A DNA stretch of 39,914 nt from Phoronis australis. Its lineage: Eukaryota > Animalia > Phoronida. Within the stretch, counting starts at the first letter, position 1. Each line of letters begins with the position of its first letter. Made by a program: the position numbers and the translations under genes. Positions 12,285-24,475 of the stretch are shown piece after piece. The notes beneath the pieces are model-generated. The model was not told the origin of the DNA. It saw nothing but the letters and a program-made list of their open reading frames with translations, and searched no databases. Where the stretch lies: NCBI GenBank assembly GCA_002633005.1, contig NMRA01000832.1:4679-44592 (forward strand), written 5' to 3'.

Positions 12285-12979
12285 GTATGTTTGTAAGTAT
12301 TGTAAGTGAAGAATGACATTGTCGCTTCTCTAAGGATCTCCGTCGCATTGCTCCAGTTCAGTTATTTTCTTACCTCGTTAGCAAGATGTACCTAATGATA
12401 TACTTGTTGGAAAACTTTGTTCAGATGGTAAATCTCCATTGGCTGTTTTCAGGCCTTTTGATTTGCAAGTTTTTGCAGTGTTGATCATCACTTTCTCTCA
12501 GTGGCGTTGGGCAGTTTGCAGAAAATTTTGCCCATTTACTATGGTCTTGTTACTGAGGGAAGTTTTACAGATTTTTTATTTGTTTGGGGAGACATCGCCT
12601 TTAAAAAGTAAGATTTGGGAAGTGAAAAAGGGACTTTTAGTGGCTTATATCTCTATAGTTTGGGAGTACATAAGAAATCTGAGACAAACTTATCTGCATA
12701 TAGATAGTTAAAACACAATTCAAATAACGGACGATCGCCGCACAAATGAAAAAGTTCATATTGATTCAACCTTTCATCTATTAATAAGACATTAGGTTAT
12801 AAACAATAAGACATCAAGTGTCGACATACCAGTTGACATACCATGGTGATGACCTATGTACTATTTACTATTCTCTGTATTTCTTTCTACACTCATTTCG
12901 TTACATGGGTGTAACCTGACTGGTATGTTGTTTTCTTAGTTGGAACCAATATTTTCACCAGATACGATTTCGTTTTCAG
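12285..12979 (+). other. COX7C: Intron in the COX7C 3'UTR, followed by a non-coding last exon from about 12980
   Basis: Donor CAG|GTATGT 34 nt after the stop; acceptor tttcgttttcag at 12979 (alternative ttttcttag at 12939); polyA signals ATTAAA at 13149 and AATAAA at 13491. Confidence 0.65.
12836..12928 (+). ncRNA. Candidate intronic box C/D snoRNA, a positional counterpart of SNORD138
   Basis: C box GTGATGA 12846-12852, D box CTGA 12916-12919, 8-bp terminal stem ACATACCA/TGGTATGT in k-turn register, about 60 nt upstream of the 12979 acceptor. Confidence 0.6.
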
Positions 12980-13896
12980 TGTGGTGTGCTGTATTTATTT
13001 GATTCGCCCAATGGAGATGGTCAACTATAGCTTGGAAAGAGGATGTATTCAGATTTCTACGCCTTGCAAAGAACACACTCAAGATGGACTGTAGTAAAAT
13101 ACACATTGGAGATGTCAGTGTGGTTGTGCTGTATAACTGATTGATAAAATTAAACAGACTTTTAAAACATAATGCAAGGGAGTTGTTCCATATGTACGCT
13201 ACAAACCATAAGTATTCAGACAAAACGACCCAGAATTCCATCATGAGTGCAAGCCAAATTCCTCGCCGAAGTAACCTTCCTGTTATGATCAAGAATGAAG
13301 AGGAATTTTAGTTTGTTAAAACTAGACAGTTAGTAAGATGGCAACCTATTCCGTAATTAGAATTTTACCAGCTGTTACCAGTGTTAAGGGAATTACTCAA
13401 TGACAGGAAAACGCTATTTTGTCTGGATGCTTGTCATGTAATGTGAGCTTACACTCACATGACTATCAAAAAGTTAATTTGCAGTAACCAAATAAACTTG
13501 TACGCAGTATTATACTTGGGACTTGAAGAATGAAACATTATAAGTGAACATTGCAAACTAGGCACACTTTATTGGGTTGATTGTATATGGAAAGTGACAA
13601 CAGGGGAGTTGGAGGTTTTCAGTTAGAAGGGCACAGGATCATAGACTTATACAATCACACAAAGGAATACGAAATGGCCACTACCCCCATCAAGTCAATT
13701 GTATTGCCATCTGTGAATTTCATTAAAATGTCTGAACATTTATTTCATGGCTGGACAGAATTGGCTTTAGTATGCTGTTGCTATGCTATATGCTCTGTTA
13801 CACCAAGGATTATTTTTTGTGAAACTGGTCTAGACCTATCCTTACTGGTGACTAATCAGTATAAGCTGCCCAGGAGCTATTGAACTGGTAAAACAT

Positions 13897-14282
13897 CTAC
13901 AGGTCATCCATGAATGTCAATGGAATACGGAATATTTCTCTTGATTTCTGTCTCTTTGTTCTCTTTTTTCTTGGAACCGGGTCATCCAGACTGACCTGTA
14001 ATTTATGCGAGGTCGTTTGCACGAGGTCACAAGGTCGTACACACACATCAGTGGTGAGATTATTTTGTTTGATCTTGACTGTGTAAGATTCTAGGAGTTC
14101 ATCCGCTGGATGCTGCGTTACTTCACAAGCACACTTCTGGTTGGCTTCTTGACGCTTGCATTTTTGTTCAGTCGAATGTGTGCATTCTGATTTGTTATCG
14201 TTTTCACTCCTGTCATCTTCCCACCAATGTACAGGACGAGTGTCTGGCTCTGACACCGACTCAAACGTATCGCGTTTTGTCC
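13897..14282 (-). CDS. Orphan terminal-exon-like ORF of unknown product
   Basis: Open for more than 125 codons in AT-rich DNA; acceptor ctacaactag at 14283-14284; ends ...PRKKRTKRQKSREIFRIPLTFMDDL*; minus-strand AATAAA at 13739-13744 and 13568-13573. No upstream exon found. Confidence 0.4.
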
Positions 14283-15278
14283 CTAGTTGTAGCAAATGAA
14301 TTGATAAGTAAAAGGGACTATGAATATGCAAGCTCAAAAATCAACTGTTGATTTAAGACAGTTTAACCAGTCTGCCTTTTTTCTAAAATCGGATTATAAA
14401 TAATTTATATTACTAAGAACTGAGTGGTCAGGCCTATTAAAGATGTATTTGCACGTTTCTAACTATGCTAATGCATACCAGAAACTAAACAACAATGCTA
14501 TTGCAACAATCCATGCTAAACAAAGTGCAGTTGTATGCATTTATAACTTGTAAATGGGAAAACAAAAAATTATGAAAATAGGTGAACTTTGCACTAATGA
14601 CGTGCCTCGTGGGCTCACATAGCCTGCATAATGTAGTATTATTCCCCATCACCATGTCACGATATTTACCAAACATGGTAAAGTGATTTGCCGCAGTTCA
14701 TTATTGCCACAAAACATTCTTAAAAGCATTTGACAATTTTCAACCTACTTCATATTCACATCGTGGCTATATGTTGTGTTTTTAACTAATTTGGCCAAGC
14801 AATCGCACTTAGTTTCAGTTACCATGGCAGTTTGGCCATCGTGAGTTTCAGGTGATATATAACCAATTTCAAAGTCAACAAAGCAAGAGTGATAGAATTG
14901 CTTCAGAAGGAAAAATACACCCAAGAAGACATTTAATATTTTTCAAACCAAGTCATGATTAAAGGTTTCTTTAAAACTACTCTAAAACCCTTGATTGGAT
15001 GCAAGACAATCTTTAGGTTTGAGAGAACTGACAATTTATTATTGGTATAGAGACCAGGCCAAATGACATGGTGCATGACAGAGGGCAATTTTATGCCAGT
15101 ATGGTTTCAAACAGTGATGAAATGCAAGTTCTTTGGAATAACTGAAATCATTTCTCGCCAGATTAAGTTACAAGCTGAAGCCATATTTCTAGCAGTGGGT
15201 GGTCTAAATCAACGGTTATTTTTTATGGAAAGCTGTTTCATACTTGCTTTAAGAGGCTACACATTCCAAGTAATTGCA

Positions 15279-15363
15279 CATGGTATCAAGGGAGTTCCCA
15301 TGGTATCAAGGGAGTTCACATGGTATCAAGGCAGTTCACATGGTATCAAGGGAGTTCCCATGG
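15279..15363. repeat. 20-bp minisatellite (CATGGTATCAAGGGAGTTCM)
   Basis: About 4 units here, and one unit fewer in the duplicate copy at about 16873-16938. Confidence 0.85.
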
Positions 15364-16009
15364 CATAATTCTGATATGTTTAAACCTGTCAAGGTGTCAT
15401 TTTGTTTTTGACTGGTGTGCTCATAAACAGCAAGGCCCAAATACGTTTAAGGATAATTCGAACAAGGTCAGCGTTATGTTACCACATGACGTCTGCTTGT
15501 TAATACCATAATCCCACAAGTACAAGCTCAGAGGATTCAAATTGTTCAGAACAAGAATGGCATGGGCTTGAAGACGTGGTTAATTGGATATTCGTGCACA
15601 ACCCATGCACTCGTATCGTAAATTTGCTCTTCATCACATGAATTAAAGACTTTGGGTAAAAGCACATTTCCTATTGCCAACTTGTAAGTTTAAAAACTCA
15701 TGCAGTCAGTGATGTGCTGTAGACTTGATCTGTTGTTACAAGGGCAGTTTACTGGAATAATCTGCAGATCATGACATCATAGTTGAGTTGGTTGAACAAA
15801 ATTAAGAACAGGTTTTTAAATGGACATGAGTGAATGTAAGTTTGGGCTTAGACCCAGGGTTAGGCTTGTACCACGAGACTATAGTTTTCCTTTGAACACC
15901 TACCAAAAATGTTAAATTTTTTAAAGTTTTCCAGATACTTTCGATACGACATGTTTGGGATTATGACATCATAAAAAGAAATTGCATCACAGTGACATGA
16001 AATGAAATA

Positions 16010-16164
16010 AGGGCTGTTCCAGTAATATCCGTGTGGGAGGGGGGGGGACGGCAGTAGAAATAAAAATTCATGGGTGGTGGTCTTCAGAAAAAAACTCAAA
16101 TTACGGGTGGTCGTTCCTGTAAGAAGTGATGCATTAAAATGGGTGGTATTTTTTGACCTGTTAA
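16010..16164. mobile_element. Truncated MITE-like insertion present in only one copy of the duplication
   Basis: TAA|GGGCTGTTCCAG...G-run start resembles PIF/Harbinger MITE termini; the sequence is absent at the equivalent site (~17549) and is cut by the N at 16165. Confidence 0.5.
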
Positions 16165-18992
16165 NTATGAAAATAGGTGAACTTTGCACTAATGACGTGC
16201 CTCGTGGGCTCACATAGCCTGCATAATGTAGTATTATTCCCCATCACCATGTCACGATATTTACCAAACATGGTAAAGTGATTTGCCGCAGTTCATTATT
16301 GCCACAAAACATTCTTAAAAGCATTTGACAATTTTCAACCTACTTCATATTCACATCGTGGCTATATGTTGTGTTTTTAACTAATTTGGCCAAGCAATCG
16401 CACTTAGTTTCAGTTACCATGGCAGTTTGGCCATCGTAAGTTTCAGGTGATATATAACCAATTTCTAAGTCAACAAAGCAAGAGTGATAGAATTGCTTCA
16501 GAAGGAAAAATACACCCAAGAAGACATTTAATATTTTTCAAACCAAGTCATGATTAATAGTTTCTTTAAAACTACTCTAAAACCCTTGATTGGATGCAAG
16601 ACAATCTTTAGGTTTGGGAGAACTGACAATTAATTATTGCTATAGAGACCAGGCCAAATGACATGGTGCATTACAGAGGGCAATTTTATGCCAGTATGGT
16701 TTCAAACAGTGATGAAATGCAAGTTCTTTGGAATAACTGAAATCATTTCTGGCCAGATTAAGTTACAAGCTGAAGCCATATTTCTAGCAGTGGGTGGTCT
16801 AAATCAACGGTTATTTTTTATGGAAAGCTGTTTCATACTTGCTTTAAGAGGCTACACATTCCAAGTAATTACACATGGTATCAAGGGAGTTCCCATGGTA
16901 TCAAGGGAGTTCACATGGTAACAAGGGAGTTCCCATGGCATAATTCTGATATGTTTAAACCTGTCAAGGTGTCATTTTATTTTTGACTGGTGTGCTCATA
17001 AACAGCAAGGTCCAAATACGTTTAAGGATAATTCGAACAAGGTCAGCATTATGTTACCACATGACGTCTGCTTGTTAATACCATAATCCCACAAGTACAA
17101 GCTCAGAGGATTCAAATTGGTCAGGACAAGAACAGCATGGACTTGAAGACATGTGGTTAATTGGATATTCGTGCACAACCCATGCACTCGTATCGTAAAT
17201 TTGCTCATCACATGAACTAAAGACTTTGGGTTAAAAACTTATGCAGTCAGTGATCTGCTGTAGACTTGATCTGTTGTTACAAAGGCAGTTTACTGGAATA
17301 ATCTGCTGATCATGACATCATCATAGTTGAGCTGGTTGAACAAAAATTAAGAACGGTTCATTAAATGGACACCAGTGAATGTAAGTGTTGGCTTAGACCC
17401 AGGGTTAGGCTTGTACCACGAGACTAGATTTCCTTTGAACACCTACCAAAAAAGTTAAATTTTTTAAAGTTTTCCAGATACTTTCGATACGACATGTTTG
17501 GGATTATGACATCATTAAAAGAAATTACATCACAGTGACATGAAATGAAATGAAAAAAGAAATGAGAGCATTTTATTTAGGACATAAGTGCAATCCATCC
17601 ACTCATGGGAGCAGACAATCTTCAACTTCATCAACCTTTAACTTCTTGCATACAACTGCAGACTCTGGGTTGTCTGGTTTGACTGTGGTATTATTCCACC
17701 AAATGATTGTTGTGAACGGATTTTATTACAGAAATGTGACAAATTTGAACAAAAACAGTGTCCAACTAAAACTTGCCTTTATCCTTATTGGCATTGATAA
17801 AAGTCCTCAAACTGCTAAATAACGTAAAGTTGTTTTCCCCATTGGGTTATTTGGAAAAATTTGACAACTAAAATTTCACGGATGTGCCATGTTGTATTTT
17901 CAATTGAAGTATTTCCATAACCCACTCTACAAAATACTAGCTAGCCTCACTTTCAAAAGTACATTGCAGACAGGTACAATATTGATAAACTGATCAGACT
18001 GAGAAGCCAGCACCATGCAAGTGAGTTAATTTGTACAAATAGATGGTCTCTTTGTTACATTCACTAAAAACGTCCAATAACAATTAATTATTCAATGTAA
18101 CAGTTACGGCGAGGTACAGCTGTTCTAGACATCTCAGCCTCAGGTCTAACCTCTGAACTCAAAATTCAAATTACTTTTTCATTTTCAACCTACTTTTGTA
18201 CGAACTCAAGATAAGTGTCTATAAGTGTGTGCTAAAGTATATTCTGGATTACAAACGGGCGATTCTAGACTAACTTTGCACTTCATAACCCTTAGATTTG
18301 ACCCGGAAACTAGAGATTGTAAATTCAGACTTAAATTTATAGTTTAAAGTTCTGGTCATCAAATGTGAAAAGGGATTAGACATTCCTCCATAGACTATAG
18401 TTCATGAACCATCAGTTCTGTATATTCTCAATGTATGAGATCAATGACCTTTTTTCCAAGACCGAAGCATACTTACTAAGGCTGCCTGTGGAATTGGCCG
18501 ATTTTACTTCTGGTGTGAACGTCTGCTGACTATGGTTTGTGAAGTTTTACAACTGCACTTCCTGAACTACAGCCAGAATTACTCGTGGCACAAAAAGTCC
18601 ACTTACGGAAGGCTTTTCAATGCCGCAATGATTTCTTGTGTACTGCTGAGCAGTAAGATGCCAGAATTTTCAACCCACATACACTAACTAGAATCAAACA
18701 TTAGCACTCAAAACAAGTGGCACCTCCGCTGGGAATTTCCTCGTAAAATATCAGAGTAGCAAATAAATTGCATATAATCTATACCATACTTTACTTGAAC
18801 ACAGAAAAAAATAACTGAACTAAGAAATTAAACTCCAAGCCCTGATTTTGTTATAATGAACAATCAAAATGCACTGTTACTTGTATTACATCACTCAACA
18901 TTAAAATGCTGTACTTCAACCCAATCCAATCTTCATGCAATACAATACATGCAGAGCCTTTTGTTTATCGCAAGGTCACGATCTCATCGTTG

Positions 18993-19242
18993 TTAAGTTT
19001 CCTCTCCTGTCACAAACATATGAACAGACTTCTGGGAGTTTAACATGTGAGTGGCCCGTTCTGATCCCACAATGGCCGACAGTCTGGAAGCCTCATATCG
19101 TGTGTACATCACTGTACAAGTCATGTCGTCCGTTTTTCCAATTCGCTTTTTGTCTTGTAGCATATTGCACAGCTCGCTGTAGAAATGGGGATACCTGGGC
19201 AGTTCATAGAACACTATGTGCTTGATTCCACGGATACGGAAC
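18993..19242 (-). CDS. UTP25: UTP25/DIEXF (U3 snoRNA-associated protein 25) last coding exon
   Basis: ttctag|G FRIRGIKHIVFYELPRYPHFYSELCNML...CTVMYTRYEASRLSAIVGSERATHMLNSQKSVHMFVTGEET*, matching the recalled DIEXF C-terminus. Confidence 0.95.
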
Positions 19243-20176
19243 CTAGAAATGTTATGAGCATGTATACAGAAATTGCTTACAAATGGTTATATACATCACT
19301 TCCATCACAAAAATTGACTACAGATTTAGACCACTTACTGCTAAAATTGACCTCAAAATGGAGGTGATTTCAGGGCTTTGAAGGAATTGACAGTTTGTTA
19401 TTACTCAAAACCTGAGACTCTACAAGTTGGCTTCTCGCAGCTTGTCACTTCATACACCAAGCATGACCTTGAGGAATAACGAAATCGCCTGCCATTTCTT
19501 TGCAAACTCAGAAATCACTTCTCATCTGTGTGAGGAGGAAAGTGATATCAATTTTATTGCAGAAAGTGGTCTAAATCTAAAGTTTGTTTCTTGGACGGAG
19601 TGTTAGTTCATAACAGCCTTAAATACAGTAACAAATTTAGTACCAAACCAAATTCATCTGATTAACCACTGAAAGGTTAACAAAATAGTCGACTAGCTAC
19701 CAGTTTGGTAATAAATAGCAGGATTGTTACGTTTGATCAAAACACAATCTTTTTGGTTGTTAGTGAACAAACTGATCTGTAAATGAAATTTTTGGGCAAT
19801 TCCACAGTATTTGCCTCCTCCATTACAAGAAAAAATATTGAGTTATCGAGCATCCATTCAATTTGCCGGTCTAGTTGACTCTAAAATTCCGCAAAATTCT
19901 TGTACGCGAAAAGATGAATACTGTGGAATCGCCATTTTGACATTGGGAATTATTTTCAACAATCTTTCAAGTTCCAAAATATCATATCTATTTTATATAT
20001 ACTACTAATTTTAACGTTTATAGGACAAGTGTTAAAAGTCTTAGGGTGAAATATCTCATAATTATCACTCAACTGGATTCAAAATTATTTTGTTTGTCAC
20101 ATATTAGTGTGTATGTAAATTCAATAATAATGTTACATTTAAAATGCAGAAAACCAGAAGATTAACAAACACAAAC

Positions 20177-20275
20177 CGCCTATAAAAATGAAGCCTTTCT
20201 GTATACAGCATAAAAGCAGTGTTTCCATGGAAGAAGAAATGACGTGCTCTGGAAATTCCTTTGTCATTGGTGTAC
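20177..20275 (-). CDS. UTP25: UTP25 penultimate exon, redundant copy (probable assembly duplicate)
   Basis: YTNDKGISRARHFFFHGNTAFMLYTERLHFYRR, the same as 21930-22028. Confidence 0.6.
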
Positions 20276-21259
20276 CTAAATGAGATACAGAAAAAAGTTG
20301 ACATATGAGGTAGACTGAAATTGGTCAATATTGTAAAAGATAATGAAAAAATTTTTTCCTGGTTTGTAATTGTGGTGAGCCCGAGACTGCCTTTCACGTA
20401 GACCTAATAAACAATTGCCGGCAGATAAAGCCCCATCCTGATACCTTATATGGTCTATTAGAGCTGTACAGGACAGAAGACCACACCAAAACACCTGAAT
20501 AAGACTCGTGCTACTTATCTTTAGAGCAGTTGTTAAGCAACTCTTCATGAGAGCNATAACGAAATCGCCTGCCATTTCTTTGCAAACTCAGAAATCACTT
20601 CTCATCTGTGTGAGGAGGAAAGTGATATCAATTTTATTGCAGAAAGTGGTCTAAATCTAAAGTTTGTTTCTTGGATGGAGTGTTAGTTCATAACAGCCTT
20701 AAATACAATAACAAATTTAGTACCAAACCAAATTCATCTGATGAACCACTGAAAGGTTAACAAAATAGTCGACTAGCTACCAGTTTGGTAATAAATAGCA
20801 GGATTGTTACGTTTGATCAAAACACAATCTTTTTGGTTGTTAGTGAACAAACTGATCTGTAAATGAAATTTTTGGGCAATTCCACAGGATTTGCCTCCTC
20901 CATTACAAGAAAAAATATTGAGTTATCGAGCATCCATTCAATTTGCCGGTCTAGTTGACTCTAAAATTCCTCAAAATTCTTGTACGCGAAAAGATGAATA
21001 CTGTGGAATCGCCATTTTGACATTGGGAATTATTTTCAACAATCTTTCAAGTTCCAAAATATCATATCTATTTTATATATACTACTAATTTTAACGTTTG
21101 TAGGACAAGTGTTAAAAGTCTTAGGGTGAAATATCTCATAATTATCACTCAACTGGATTCAAAATTATTTTGTTTGTCACATATTAGTGTGTATGTAAAT
21201 TCAATAATAATGTTACATTTAAAAAGCAGAAAACCAGGAGAAGATTAACAAACACAAAC

Positions 21260-21358
21260 CGCCTATAAAAATGAAGCCTTTCTGTATACAGCATAAAAGC
21301 AGTGTTTCCATGGAAGAAGAAATGACGTGCTCTGGAAATTCCTTTGTCATTGGTGTAC
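21260..21358 (-). CDS. UTP25: UTP25 penultimate exon, redundant copy (probable assembly duplicate)
   Basis: Same 99-nt exon with the same splice sites. Confidence 0.6.
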
Positions 21359-21929
21359 CTAAATGAGATACAGAAAACAGTTGACATATGAGGTAGACTG
21401 AAATTGGTCAATATTGTAAAAGATAATGAAAAAAATTTTTCCTGGTTTGTAATTGTGGTGAGCCCGAGACTGCCTTTCACGTAGACCTAATAAACAATTG
21501 CCGGCAGATAAAGCCCCATCCTGATACCTTATATGGTCTATTAGAGCTGTACAGGACAGAAGACCACACCAAAACACCTGGATAAGACTCGTGCTACTTA
21601 TCTTTAGAGCAGTTGTTAAGCAACTCTTCATGAGAGCTATGGACAATGGTCCTTAATCACCGGATATCGTAACACAGATAAGTGTTCAGGCAAATAAGTG
21701 ACNTATTTTCAACAATCTTTCAAGTTCCAAAATATCATATCTATTTTATATATACTACTAATTTTAACGTTTGTAGGACAAGTGTTAAAAGTCTTAGGGT
21801 GAAATATCTCATAATTATCACTCAACTGGATTCAAAATTATTTTGTTTGTCACATATTAGTGTGTATGTAAATTCAATAATAATGTTACATTTAAAATGC
21901 AGAAAACCAGAAGATTAACAAACACAAAC

Positions 21930-22028
21930 CGCCTATAAAAATGAAGCCTTTCTGTATACAGCATAAAAGCAGTGTTTCCATGGAAGAAGAAATGACGTGC
22001 TCTGGAAATTCCTTTGTCATTGGTGTAC
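21930..22028 (-). CDS. UTP25: UTP25 penultimate coding exon
   Basis: tttag|G TAC ACC...AGG CG|gtttgt; 'ISRARHFF...LYTERxHFYxR' motif; phase 2-2. Confidence 0.85.
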
Positions 22029-22794
22029 CTAAATGAGATACAGAAAAAAGTTGACATATGAGGTAGACTGAAATTGGTCAATATTGTAAAAGATAATGAA
22101 AAAATTTTTTCCTGGTTTGTAATTGTGGTGAGCCCGAGACTGCCTTTCACGTAGACCTAATAAACAATTGCCGGCAGATAAAGCCCCATCCTGATACCTT
22201 ATATGGTCTATTAGAGCTGTACAGGACAGAAGACCACACCAAAACACCTGAATAAGACTCGTGCTACTTATCTTTAGAGCAGTTGTTAAGCAACTCTTCA
22301 TGAGAGCTATGGACAATGGTCCTTAATCACCGGATATCGTAACACAGATAAGTGTTCAGGCAAATAAGTGACTTGAACATGATGAGGATCAAAGAATAAT
22401 GAAACAAAATTAAATCTAAATCAATTAATTTAGTTCCACTTTGCCATTCGCTGGCTAACAAACAAATCCGGCCCACAATATTCCTCAGCGTGATACGATT
22501 CTATTTCTGAATCAGTAACCAACACGAACAATGAAACCATCAGCCCCCCAAGAAAACACTTCAGAGTTTATTGAGGTTGGCTAACCCTTAAATTGTGAAT
22601 TCAAAAATGGCAGATATATTCCCTGTAACTTGACTTGCTACCAGAAATAGAATCCTGTCATGGTAAGAAATATTTTAAGACAGAAATGAGAGTATAAGCC
22701 CTATTAAAAATTGATTCACATTTTAATTAATTTGTGTACAGGAGATTCCAAACTTGTTGCATGCTTTTGATGGTTGACAAAGGTTACAGAGCAG

Positions 22795-23003
22795 GGGTCC
22801 ATTCCAAGAAAAGTGACTTACCTAAGACAAATCTTAAACTTATGTCAATTTTAAGTGATCTTAAGTTTGATTTTAACTTTTGACCTAAGTTTGATGTAAC
22901 TTACAGGCTATCAAAGTTTCAAAGTTTGAAGGAGGAGACAAATCTTGACTTAATATTTTTAGTAAATAATGAACTCGACAAGTTGGTTTCTTGGAACGGG
23001 CCC
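22795..23003. mobile_element. PIF/Harbinger-like MITE (209 bp)
   Basis: TIRs GGGTCCATTCCAAGAAA / TTTCTTGGAACGGGCCC (2 mismatches in 17 bp), flanked by a 3-bp CAG duplication at 22792-22794 and 23004-23006. Confidence 0.7.
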
Positions 23004-23221
23004 CAGTATTTGGTTTTAAACAATTTTAACTAAAATGTCACTATAAACTATGATCTGGTAACAAGAAAAGACTGGTTTAACAACAATAAATGGACTAAAT
23101 CAAAAGTTTGTTTTGACACTAAGTGTGGACTCATTGCATTTTGAGGTGATTTTGTGGCAGTTTGTACTAAAATTAGTTAAACATATTTGGTATTCTTTTA
23201 CACAAAATGATATTCACTTAC

Positions 23222-23418
23222 TCGCAAAGGAATTCGCAATGAATTTCCTTTTTCTTGAAACTATTTCTAACCCGCACATAGTCGAAGTACGAGGGTATGA
23301 AGACCAATGTCTGAGCCATCACAGATTCTTGATGGTGTGGGACTATTTTCTTGAAAAAGTAGTCCAATCGTATGTCTGGCAAGTCAGCCAAAGACTGGCA
23401 CTCAATGCGCTGAAATAC
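23222..23418 (-). CDS. UTP25: UTP25 coding exon
   Basis: ctcag|VFQRIECQSLADLPDIRLDYFFKKIVP...TLVFIPSYFDYVRVRNSFKKKEIHCEFLCE|gtaagt; conserved 'IPSYFDxVRxRN'. Confidence 0.95.
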
Positions 23419-24475
23419 CTGAGGAGAAACAATTGTCACAGGGTGTTGAACAGATTGGTAACTGGTCAACAGATGGCGATATCGTACAGTATGCCATTTG
23501 TCAGGTAAGGTGGGACATGTGACGTCATATAGGGTATTCAAGGGTTAAATATAATTGTTCCAAGTTACCAAGACTCGTGATTCAAGTCTTCACGAGTGTC
23601 TGTTCATTTTGTTGTGCAGTTGTGTTCAAATAAGTGCAAGGCAAACCTTTGGGAGTGATATTATTTCTTTGTAATAAAGTGCTACTTGTGCTTTTAATTT
23701 AAAGGAATTGTGAGTTGTCCGGTTTTCTGAACTAAGGTTTGCAGGGAGAGTTCTCGGGGTGTGTTCAGTGTAAACAATGTATTTGATGTCAAGCCATGTC
23801 CGGTAACACATTTACTTAACATCCGTTCTGATTACACACAATTACTTATTGAATAATAACTGCACATCATGCAATAGGTCGACTATTTTGCTCTACCCAC
23901 CACTGAAGGGTCATTTACTTCTTACTAATTACAAAATACGGTAAAAATTCTCCAGTTTGGGAAAGAGGAAAATTAATTATTTTACGTGAAGCTGTAACAT
24001 GTACCAAGTTTCAAAACAGGCAATATTGGTCATCTCAAATTCAAGAATCAATGACAAACGACCATCTACCACGATGTTACAGTAACACACTATGAACACA
24101 TTGCAGCCGTCTGAAAAAACATGATGAATGTCAAAAAACGCCCCATGTCTCAATCTTCAGAACAAAGAAAATTCAATTTCGGCTTGAATTTCCGGGTCCC
24201 AAATTTTAGAGACTCTCCCAAACTTATACTACTCTCTACCACATCATCAGTCTGCATAATTCACTCGTCTGCGTAAGTCGTCAACCTACCTTTGGTCCCA
24301 ATTACACACCCAAATTTATGCATAAGTTCTCACTCAGATAAGTTGCCACTTTTGTGGCAGTCCAAAGACGACTTGTTAAGCAAGGTAACGTAAATGTCTC
24401 AAAACTTTCCACACAAGGAACGACAGTGGTTTAGGTTTCCGTCCCCAAACATACAATGTTTAACAGTCTCATTAC

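Larger units (their letters stand above)
14571..17549. repeat. Near-identical ~1.4-kb direct duplication (14571-~16008 vs 16166-~17549), probably uncollapsed haplotypes
   Basis: The second copy starts immediately after a single N at 16165; the copies differ by scattered SNPs and small indels. Confidence 0.9.
19476..22372. repeat. Overlapping near-identical duplications joined by single Ns (20555, 21703), triplicating one UTP25 exon
   Basis: 19476-20554 recurs from 20556, and 21031-21702 recurs at 21704-22372; only a few SNPs and indels differ. Confidence 0.92.

Noticed and set aside
17604-17705. Minus-strand mini-frame ...WWNNTTVKPDNPESAVVCKKLKVDEVEDCLLP* followed by AATAAA
   Set aside because: No in-frame acceptor or start codon, and stops immediately upstream; more likely part of the UTP25 3'UTR.
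18477-18646. Two minus-strand AG...GTAAGT-bounded segments downstream of the UTP25 stop
   Set aside because: The larger has stops in all three frames and neither resembles a known protein; they cannot be supported as exons.
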